The translations under genes were made by a program, and so were the position numbers. From assembly GCA_002245135.1 (NCBI GenBank), contig NGBS01001167.1:1-64000 (forward strand): DNA of 64,000 nt, written 5' to 3'. How positions within the stretch are numbered: position 1 is the stretch's first letter; each line of letters opens with the position of its first letter. Shown one piece after another: positions 55,963-64,000 of this stretch. The notes beneath the pieces are model-generated. The model did no database searches. It saw nothing but the letters and a program-made list of their open reading frames with translations, and was not told the origin of the DNA. The DNA is from Proteromonas lacertae. Lineage: Eukaryota.

Positions 55963-57465
55963 TTATAATTGTTTAGTATAAGTTTTTAAAATAGAATAAC
56001 CAGGATTAGCAGCAGTTACAGTCAATATACCACCTTCATCAACTTCAAATATCACTTTAACTTTTACCATACCTCTAGGTGAAGGTGTAAAACCAGTAAC
56101 TTGAAAATTACCAATTAAATCATTCTCTCTTACATCTTCTGATTCACCTTCATATATATAAAAGTCAATTCTTGAATCATCATTATTACTAAATACTTTA
56201 GAAACTTTACATGGCTTTTTAGTCTTCGCCATTATTAATTTTGTCATTGAATAGGGAGGTGTGTGAATACCTAAACTCTTTGTCACTATATCATTTACTA
56301 ATACTTTATATCCTCTCTGCTGCTCTTCTAAATGTTGATGAGCTAATAAAGCAGCACCTCTAGCTACAGTCTCTTCAGGATTTACACTAGATTTTATTCT
56401 TATATCTCTAAAAGTAGATTTTATTAAATCATAGATTGCAGGAATTCTACTACTTCCACCAACTAATAAAATTTCATCAATATCTTTTACTTCTAAACCA
56501 CTACCATCTATTGTTTCAACAACTGTTTCTATTGTTTTATTAAAGATGTTTCTATTTATATCATTAAACTTAGAAACGCTTAATTCGCGACTAATATCTT
56601 CATCTTCAAATAATGAAAAGTCAATTTCAGATGATTTTGAACATGATAATTCTATCTTCAATATTTCACATTTTTCATATAAACTTCTCATTTTATTTTT
56701 CTTTGTTACTCTTAAATCTTCACCTGTTTTTTCTTTGTATAAATTACAGAAATAATTGACTAGATTATTTGTTATATCTTCACCTCCTAAGTGACTATCT
56801 CCTCCTACACATAATACTTTATAATCTGGATGATTAACTCTAATTATACTTACATCAAATGTACCACCACCAAAATCATACACTAATATTACTTTTTCTT
56901 CTTCTTCTTTGTCTTTTTCTTCACAACCATAAGCAATAGCTGCAGCTGTTGGTTCATTAATCATATCAATCACATTCAAACCAGCTAATTCAGCTGCTTT
57001 CTTTGTTTTCTCTCTTTGATTAGACCCAAAATAGGCAGGTACAGTTATTACTGCTCCTTTTACTTCTTCTAATACTTTCTCTGCTCTTTCTTTCATTTTA
57101 CGTAGTATATCAGCAGAAACATCAACTGGTGTTTTTAAAGCATCGCCTGAATCGAGTTTAAGCTTAAAAACTGGTTCATCTCCTTCACCTTTCACAACCT
57201 TAAATCTAAAATTCTTTATATCCTCTTGTACCTTTGGATCATCAAAATGATTTCCTATAAGTCTTTTAGGATCATATATCAAATTATTGCCGTCCTTTTT
57301 ACCTGTTAACCTTGCTCCATTTCCTACTACCATTTCTTTACCATCTTTACTATAAAATACTTCAGATGCCATAAAATTCTTGCCTTCTTCTGTTTGAATA
57401 ATCTCTAGTCTTGTTGTCATAACAGCACAACAACTAAATTTCGTTCCAAGGTCTATACCTATCAT
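55963..57465 (-). CDS. Atypical Hsp70-like protein A (500 aa, intronless, no lid/EEVD)
   Basis: GIDLGT, DPKRLIG, TVPAYF, INEPTAAA, DFGGGTFDVS, GGDSHLGGED, LVGGSSRIP and NPEETVARGAA; ends right after the SBD-beta region (FEVDEGGILTVTA). Confidence 0.92.
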   Translation of the reverse strand: MIGIDLGTKFSCCAVMTTRLEIIQTEEGKNFMASEVFYSKDGKEMVVGNGARLTGKKDGNNLIYDPKRLIGNHFDDPKVQEDIKNFRFKVVKGEGDEPVFKLKLDSGDALKTPVDVSADILRKMKERAEKVLEEVKGAVITVPAYFGSNQREKTKKAAELAGLNVIDMINEPTAAAIAYGCEEKDKEEEEKVILVYDFGGGTFDVSIIRVNHPDYKVLCVGGDSHLGGEDITNNLVNYFCNLYKEKTGEDLRVTKKNKMRSLYEKCEILKIELSCSKSSEIDFSLFEDEDISRELSVSKFNDINRNIFNKTIETVVETIDGSGLEVKDIDEILLVGGSSRIPAIYDLIKSTFRDIRIKSSVNPEETVARGAALLAHQHLEEQQRGYKVLVNDIVTKSLGIHTPPYSMTKLIMAKTKKPCKVSKVFSNNDDSRIDFYIYEGESEDVRENDLIGNFQVTGFTPSPRGMVKVKVIFEVDEGGILTVTAANPGYSILKTYTKQL

Positions 57466-60125
57466 AGGTGAAAAATGTAATTCTTTGTAAACTGGATGTC
57501 AAATAACGACTTTATTTTTTATAAAAAAGTTAAGTAGGCTTGATTCTCGGTTTGTATCTTTTTAAATATTTTTGTTGTTTTTACTAAGTGAAGTGATATA
57601 TTGAATCTGAAAATAACATGGAAGAAAAAGATGAAGTAATTGGTACTATTGGTGAAGGTGAATTCGGTATAGTTCATTTAGTTGAACGAAATGGTATGAA
57701 ACTTGCTAGAAAAGAAATAAAAGTATCACCAAAATCTATAGAAATGGTTAAAAAAGAAGTAGAACATTTAAAAGATCTTGTAGATCGAAATACTGTAATT
57801 TTGAAAGATAGTGTGATAGATGAAGAAAGAAATCTGTGTTATATCTACACTGAATATGCAGAAAATGGAGATTTGCATAGATTAATAAAAAAGAAGAAAG
57901 AAAATGAAGAGGATTTCTCTTTAACAGTATTAATATGCCTTTAATATCATTTATATAGGAAATAGTAAGTTGTTTAAAAGATTTGATAAAAGGATTGAGA
58001 TATATTCATAGTAAAAGAAAAATTCATCGAGATTTAAAACCTGAAAATATTTTAGTTGGAGATCATAATGAATTAATAATTAGTGATTTTGGATTAACAA
58101 CTAAAATTGAAATAACTGATTCTAATCTGGTTGGAACTTCTAATTACATGGCTCCTGAATTATTTGAAAGAAATCCTCGTTATTGTCCAGCTAATGATAT
58201 ATTTTCTCTTGGCTGTGTTGCATATGAGATTTATACATTGAAAAGAGCATATAATGGAATTAAATTTGAAGAGAGAAAGAAAGAGATAGAATCGAATAAA
58301 AACATATCATTTGAAAGAATGTATGATGATAGAATTCTTATAATTGAAGAATTAATAAATGGAATGTTAGAGAAAGATATAAAGAAGAGAATGAAATTAG
58401 ATGAAATAGAAAAAGTATTAAACAATGTATCAAATAATTCAACATCAAAAATGGTGAGTAATTCAACTTTAGAATTAACATCAACATTTTACACAACAAG
58501 CAAAGAATTTAGTTCTGCTACTTACTATGACAGTTTAATTTTGAATGTTTATTTAAGAGATGGTGCAATTAATTAGATGATAATGAATAATCATTAGATC
58601 ATTATAAATCTGCATTAGAAGTAGCATCAACAAATAAACAAAAGTATAGTTGTAGTATAAATATAGGTTGTTGTTTTATTGATTTTGTATAATTGTAATA
58701 ATTATAAATGAAATAGAATAATTATGAAGAATCAAAAAAATATTATGATAAAGCTATTGAATTTGCTGAATCTGATGAAGATAAGTGCTTGTATTATAGT
58801 AATATGTGTAAGTATTTATTTAAGCTAGGTACTATTGATGAAGCTAAAGAACAATATAATAATGCATTAAAATTAGCTAAAAGTAATCATGAAAGATTTA
58901 GATGTAATAATGAGATGGGTAAATGTTATTTTGACACTGTATAATGTTATATAATTATAATGAAAATAGAAAGATTATGAAGAATCAAAGAAATACTTAA
59001 ATCAAGCAAGCAAATATATATCCAGTATCAAAGATGAAAAAGAAAGAAAAGAGTTTGAAGAAATGTTGAAAAAAGTAAATAGCGTATAAAATTTCTTATA
59101 CATAATCAATTGTACAGAAAGTGATTAAATAACAACACCTTGTATTAAATAAACTAATGTTTTAAAAAATATTTTGATTCTTTAATAATTTCACTTTATA
59201 TATAATATATCTTAAATTATTATTACCTATTATTGTTATAAAAGAGCCCAATATATATTAATTGCAACACAACAAAGTGAATGTCATGAAACGATTATAT
59301 TTTTTGGAACACCAAAATATTTCTTTCTTGTTTTACAGTTGATTGAATGTCTTATATTGGAATAGATTTGGGCACAACGAATTGCTGTGCCGCTATTGCA
59401 AAAAGTAATGTGGTAGTTATAAATGGAGAAGATGGCAGGAACTTAATCGCTTCAAGAGTATTTTTTCCAAACTCTGGAGATGAACTGGTAGTTGGAAATG
59501 GTGCAGAAGCTCAGAAAAGAGGTACTGGAACTGTTATATATGATTCCAAACGTCTAATCGGTAGAAAATACTCTGATCCTAAAGTTCAGGAAGATAAATG
59601 GAATCTAAACTATGAAATAGATAGAGACAGAAGGACAGATGATATTATTGTTAAAGTTCCTTTAAAAAATTCTACAGTGGAATTTACACCAGAAGAAATA
59701 TCATCTTATTTGCTTAGAAAAATAAAATCAAATGTTGAATGTAAGATAGGAGAAGTAAAAGGAGCAGTAATAACTGTACCTGCCTATTTTGGAACAAATC
59801 AGAGAGAAAAAACAAAGAAAGCAGCTGAATTAGCTGGTTTGAATGTGATTGATATAATTGATGAACCAACAGCTGCTGCCATTGGATATGATTGTGAAAA
59901 TGAAGGATATAAAATAGGTAAGATATTGTTAGTGTATGATTTTGGAGGTGGTACATTTGATGTAAGTATAATTAGAGTTAATCATCCAGATTATAAAGTA
60001 TTATGTGTAGGAGGAGATAGTCACTTAGGAGGTGAAGATATAACAAATAATCTAGTCAATTATTTCTGTAATTTATACAAAGAAAAAACAGGTGAAGATT
60101 TAAGAGTAACAAAGAAAAATAAAAT
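56690..60125. repeat. Perfect 179-bp inverted repeat (56690-56868 and 59947-60125) plus an adjacent near-identical block (~56942-57067 and ~59751-59876)
   Basis: By direct base comparison, the reverse complement of 56690-56868 equals 59947-60125. Both arms lie in the ATPase-domain coding region of the two Hsp70-like genes. Confidence 0.9.
57618..59089 (+). CDS. NEK-like Ser/Thr kinase followed by TPR repeats
   Basis: IGEGEFGIV, ARKEI, EYAENGDL, IHRDLKPENIL, DFG, GTSNYMAPE and DIFSLGC. Downstream exons encode TPR helices (NNYEESKKYYDKAIE, KDYEESKKYLNQA) to TAA 59087-59089. The kinase-TPR junction is ambiguous. Confidence 0.82.
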
Positions 60126-60861
60126 AAGAACATTGAGGAGTAAATGTGAATTATTAAAACTGGATCTATCATCTTTATCTGAAACAGAAATAGATTTTAA
60201 TTTATTTGAAGAGGAAGGTATTAATTGTAAAATGACTCTTTCCAATTTCAATGAAATCAATAAAGAATTTTTTGATAATACTATAAGAATAGTAAATGAT
60301 ACAATAGAAAGAAGTAGTATAGATATTGGTGATATAAATGAAATTATATTAGTTGGAGGAAGTTGTAGAAATAAAAGAGTAAAAGAAATGTTAGCAGAAC
60401 ATTATCCAGGTAAAATACTGAAAGAAGATTTAAATCCAGATGAGATTGTAGCAAAAGGAGCAGCAATATTAGCCAAGAACCGTGATAATGATACAGATAT
60501 AAGAAGAAGAGGATATAAAGTTCTTGTTCAAAATATAGTCACTCATAATTTAGGAATTAAAATATCTGATGGAACAATAACTAAAATGATAGAAAGAGGA
60601 TCAGAAAGAGGTAAAAAAGTATCAAAAGTGTTTAGTAACACATCTAGTACAGAATTAAGATTTGTTGTGTATGAGGGTGATTTAAATGATATTAAACAAA
60701 ATATAGTAGTTGGAGTGTTTAAAATTGATGGTTTCCCTCCCTCACCTGTTGGTTCAATAAGAATTAAAGTGATATTTGAGGTAGATGAACAAGGAGTGTT
60801 GAATATAAGTGTTTATAATCCTTCATATGGTTTAAATAAAACTATGGTATACACTTTATAA
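59347..60861 (+). CDS. Atypical Hsp70-like protein B (504 aa, intronless, no lid/EEVD)
   Basis: GIDLGTTN, DSKRLIG, TVPAYF, DEPTAAA, DFGGGTFDVS, LVGGSCRN and NPDEIVAKGAA; ends after FEVDEQGVLNISV. Confidence 0.92.
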   Translation: MSYIGIDLGTTNCCAAIAKSNVVVINGEDGRNLIASRVFFPNSGDELVVGNGAEAQKRGTGTVIYDSKRLIGRKYSDPKVQEDKWNLNYEIDRDRRTDDIIVKVPLKNSTVEFTPEEISSYLLRKIKSNVECKIGEVKGAVITVPAYFGTNQREKTKKAAELAGLNVIDIIDEPTAAAIGYDCENEGYKIGKILLVYDFGGGTFDVSIIRVNHPDYKVLCVGGDSHLGGEDITNNLVNYFCNLYKEKTGEDLRVTKKNKIRTLRSKCELLKLDLSSLSETEIDFNLFEEEGINCKMTLSNFNEINKEFFDNTIRIVNDTIERSSIDIGDINEIILVGGSCRNKRVKEMLAEHYPGKILKEDLNPDEIVAKGAAILAKNRDNDTDIRRRGYKVLVQNIVTHNLGIKISDGTITKMIERGSERGKKVSKVFSNTSSTELRFVVYEGDLNDIKQNIVVGVFKIDGFPPSPVGSIRIKVIFEVDEQGVLNISVYNPSYGLNKTMVYTL

Positions 60862-60960
60862 TATATTTTCTATTTTCTTTTTAACATTACACACACAGTT
60901 TAAAATAATCTAACATCTTTTACTTTACCTATATTACACATGTATATAAATTACAATAAT

Positions 60961-61328
60961 TTAAAATAAATCATCCTCTGCGCTTGATTCACTGCTCATA
61001 TCTATGGGAATATATCTAAAACCATCTTCATCTATTATATCATTTATTGTTTCATGTTTATTAGATTTTGTGGATGAAAGTGAGCTTCTTATCGAATAGG
61101 GTGAATTTGAAGGTGTTGATTTGATTGAACCTCGACTTTTCTTTGTTTTGTCTATTATTTCTTCTTGTCCTGTTACTCTTGCATATATTTTTGCATCTTC
61201 TAGAAGTTTTTCCAGGGCTCTATATAAATTATTGTTTTTACAGTATACTCTGCATAGTAGTGTGTGTAGCCAATACTATTGTGATAGTATTCTACATTAC
61301 GCTGCTCATTAACATCAGTCATCATCAT
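60961..61328 (-). CDS. Small unknown protein, EDGFR family copy 1 (not in ORF track)
   Basis: ATG 61328, 29-nt intron 61220-61248. Product: MMMTDVNEQRNVEYYHNSIGYTHYYAE-ALEKLLEDAKIYARVTGQ...DIIDEDGFRYIPIDMSSESSAEDDLF*. Confidence 0.75.
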
Positions 61329-61583
61329 GGTCTTTATTCAAATAATTTAAAATTATTCAAATCTATTTTGAATTTTTTTGAAAATTGCATCTGCATGTCC
61401 TATCTTCATTATGAATATTAGCGTTGCCAACCAAATGCATAGATAGTAATTATCAGCTTGGAGATGAAATTATGTGTTTTGATGGTATATTTTAGGAAAA
61501 AAACACAAATTAAAATTAAAACCATTAATATCCAATGTAGAATCAAATTTGATTTACATGTAAATATTTTACTTAAATTATAC

Positions 61584-61886
61584 TTAAAAAGTATAAACAT
61601 CATCCTCACTTAAATTAGAGCTACTAGCTGAACCATTTAAATACCGAAAACCATCTTCATCTTGTATGATATCACTATTTTCATCGTTATTTTCTGAACT
61701 GAATAAATTATGTGTTAATTTAGATGAAGATTGAGGATTTAATGGTTTGGGACCTTCTATTTGTTTTTGACCTGTAGCTTTAGCATAATTCTTCGCTTCT
61801 ACAAGAAGTTTATCCAGATTACTACATTTGATTAGGTATAAAAATATATACTCATTATGATAAACATTTAAGAAAACGATTGACAT
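61584..61886 (-). CDS. Small unknown protein, EDGFR family copy 2
   Basis: 30-nt intron 61822-61851. Product: ...YHND-NLDKLLVEAKNYAKATGQ...DIIQDEDGFRYLNGSASSSNLSEDDVYTF*. Confidence 0.75.
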   Translation of the reverse strand: MSIVFLNVYHNEYIFLYLIKCSNLDKLLVEAKNYAKATGQKQIEGPKPLNPQSSSKLTHNLFSSENNDENSDIIQDEDGFRYLNGSASSSNLSEDDVYTF

Positions 61887-62163
61887 TAAATTGATTAAAT
61901 AATATGACTATTTACTAATAGATTAAAAACAGATGAAAAATTGGAACAAAAAATATATTCGTTTAGTGACGTATTTAAAAATGTATTTTTCTCATTATTT
62001 TCTCATGATGCTATTGATTTTATCAGATGTTATTGTTACAAAACATTTATTCTAGTGTTATCACATGAATAAACATGAAAATAGAAGATATCAATTAAAC
62101 AGACAAAAATGTATTACACATAATACAGTGTATTTTAACCTAACTGTAATTTTGCTTTTTTGA

Positions 62164-63074
62164 ATGTCTTACTTCAAATTCTCTGATAAAAACCCTGGAG
62201 GTATATATAAAAATGATAATGTTTAGGCAATGATTATCTGAAAAGAGAAATGAAACTTCACAGAGAGAGATTGAAAAAAGTTCAACCTTTAATCGACACC
62301 GGTTGTATGCTATTATTTATATTATAGTTTGTAGTATATAATCCACCGCTTATTAGAAGAAAACATCTACAAATAAAAGATGAGACTTTAAGACCAGAAT
62401 TTTATAACGCTGCAAGATTAGTATCTACAGCAAAGTCGAATATCGACACATCACCACCACCTCGATATTATGAAACAAAATATCATCACATCAGAGCTAG
62501 AGAGCTTGCAAATAAAGTAGCAGAAGAAGAACATCAACGAGTATTAGATAATATGAGGAGAAGGATGTCAGAATATACAAAAAGTAAAGAACTATATAAA
62601 AATCCAGTTTATTCTTACCTATTAAATCCATCTGTGAAGAAAGTAGTTACTGGTAATAGAGAATGTAAGTTTGTACCAATGGGCAACTTTGAAAAAAGAA
62701 GAAATGAGTTATTGAGTGATATGAAATCAACCAATAGAAATTATTACTCAACATCAGCAAGAAGAAGTAGTAGTTCAACATATAACAGTAGAAGTAGAGG
62801 TAGACCATCTTCTGCACCACCAAAGAAAGCTATAAATACATATGAAGATATATCCATTGAACCAAGACCATTAGAACCTGACGAGTTAGAGGACATGTTA
62901 AAAGAAGAATTGTTAGCTATAATAGTGAAGAGGAATTTATATAAGGCAAGTGATTTAAGAGAATTATTTGATCATGCTTTGAAAAGGTGTAGAAAACCAG
63001 GATCAGTTTTTACTGTAGCATGTGTTGAGAGGGTCATTAGTGATTTAAAACAGAAGTTTAATTTATATTATTAG
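62164..63074 (+). CDS. SPATA7-like ciliary/microtubule protein
   Basis: Spliced N-terminus with HRERLKKVQPLIDT and VSTAKSNIDTSPPP; the C-terminal helical domain EELLAIIVKRNLYKASDLRELFDHAL...VERVISDLKQKF resembles the SPATA7 C-terminus. Confidence 0.55.
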
Positions 63075-63108
63075 TAATTTAACTTTTTTAAAGCTTTATT
63101 TAATAGAA

Positions 63109-63116
63109 TGTTTGTT
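63109..63116 (+). terminator. TGTTTGTT downstream element (Blastocystis-type polyadenylation motif), representative copy
   Basis: Exact TGTTTGTT 35 nt after the stop at 63074. Other sense-oriented copies follow stops at 55823-55830 (+), 51987-51994 (-) and 15021-15028 (-). Confidence 0.45.
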
Positions 63117-63211
63117 TATGGATTTAGATTCTACCAAAACACACAATGCTAAAAAAACGAACTGATAGTAATATTCTTAATGCCACTGTACAGAAAAAAT
63201 CAAAATCTAAA

Positions 63212-63494
63212 CTAATCATCGTTAGGGTATGAGATAAATCTAAAGCCATCCTCATCTGTATCTACATTATCACTTGGGTTTAGAATTTCTTTATTGCCTT
63301 GCGAATCATTCTTTGGACTAGTTTGGGTTTTAATTGGTAAATCAATAGAAGATCTTGATGATTTATTTACATATGCTGTTGGACTTTCCCATAGGTCATT
63401 ATACTTTAGAGAATCTTGCAATTCCTTCTCAAGACTTCTAGTAAGAATGTATAACTTAAAGACAATACTCAATTAGGTAGTGGTTTTGTATCAT
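63212..63494 (-). CDS. Small unknown protein, EDGFR family copy 3
   Basis: ATG 63494, 31-nt intron 63438-63468. Product: MIQNHYLIE-SLEKELQDSLKY...DNVDTDEDGFRFISYPNDD*. Confidence 0.72.
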
Positions 63495-63824
63495 TATGCT
63501 TTTTGAGGTGAAGAATTGAAAGAAAACAATAATGAAAAAAAAATAATTTCGTTTTAAATGTTAATCAGTTATACAATTACATTTTGTTTTTTGCATGAAA
63601 CACCCTTTCTTAATTTTGTTACTCTTAACAGTACATTTTCCAGTAACTATAATAGTCATTATAACTATCATATTTTACACTCTTTCATTAATTCAGCAAC
63701 AATCTGAATAATCCAACTAAGTAAGTCAAAATGTTGATATTTCTATGGCATCACACATCGAGTTCGTCTTATTTCTAATTTTATTTAATCAAGAACACAA
63801 ATCATATAACTATTTAATAAATTA

Positions 63825-64000
63825 TTAATCACTCTCACAGTCAGAATCATCATCATCACCCTCCTTTTTAACATCTTTCTTTACTGATTCACGTAATATT
63901 TTATTACCTAGAATAAAAACTAAAAATATTAAATTATACGAACAGCAGCTTGTTCATCCTCTTCCTCATCATCATCAAAAAATGAATCATCTATTTTTGC
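63825..64000 (-). CDS. 3' end of a gene entering from beyond the window (acidic tail)
   Basis: AKIDDSFFDDDEEEDEQAAV|RNKILRESVKKDVKKEGDDDDSDCESD* through a short GT-AG intron; TAA 63825-63827. Confidence 0.55.

Noticed and set aside
63690..63760. Possible C/D-box snoRNA on the minus strand (TGTGATG...CTGA)
   Set aside because: The C box is imperfect, there is no clear terminal stem, and I could not recognise an rRNA-complementary guide.
1..64000. Alternative genetic code (TAA/TAG/TGA reassignment) explaining the broken ORFs
   Set aside because: All three stops end genes here, and nearly all breaks resolve through short GT-AG introns or 1-nt indels.
1..64000. Stop codons completed by polyadenylation
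   Set aside because: Every complete gene I reconstructed has a genomic stop; I found no ORF ending in T/TA just before a TGTTTGTT.
1..64000. tRNA, rRNA, transposons, CRISPR arrays, prokaryotic operons
   Set aside because: None were recognisable: no transposase or RT motifs, no cloverleaf or rRNA-like GC-rich segment, and the window is intron-rich eukaryotic DNA.

Overview
This is AT-rich (roughly 20-25% GC by eye), very gene-dense eukaryotic nuclear DNA. About 32 protein genes are split by tiny GT-AG introns, mostly 26-45 nt, so the ORF track fragments most genes and misses several. A HydE hydrogenase maturase, a mitoribosomal protein (uL29m), Tom7, ~30-nt introns and TGTTTGTT elements downstream of stop codons suggest an anaerobic stramenopile of the Blastocystis/Proteromonas group; this is inference, not verified. 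Recognisable genes include BEACH/WD40, a CFAP97-family protein, APC5, AP-1 sigma, ankyrin-FN3-WW, SIL1-like, ZNFX1, two kinase-LRR genes, a TBC GAP, a mitochondrial carrier, ESF1, acyl-CoA dehydrogenase, NH3-dependent NAD synthetase, synergin-gamma-like, SIN1, HEI10, Deltex-like, a HAD phosphatase and a B56-like fusion. The most notable observations are five. (1) Two intronless, lid-less Hsp70-like genes flank a kinase-TPR gene and share a perfect 179-bp inverted repeat inside their coding regions. (2) A three-member microprotein family shares an intron position and an EDGFR motif. (3) A TCAAGC element recurs just upstream of many start codons. (4) Tom7 and the meiotic gene HEI10 are hidden from the ORF track. 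(5) A spliced hydrophobic ORF carries one in-frame TGA. Many single-base frame breaks, mostly in homopolymers, look like assembly errors. All gene models were assembled by hand and all family calls come from remembered motifs, not database searches.
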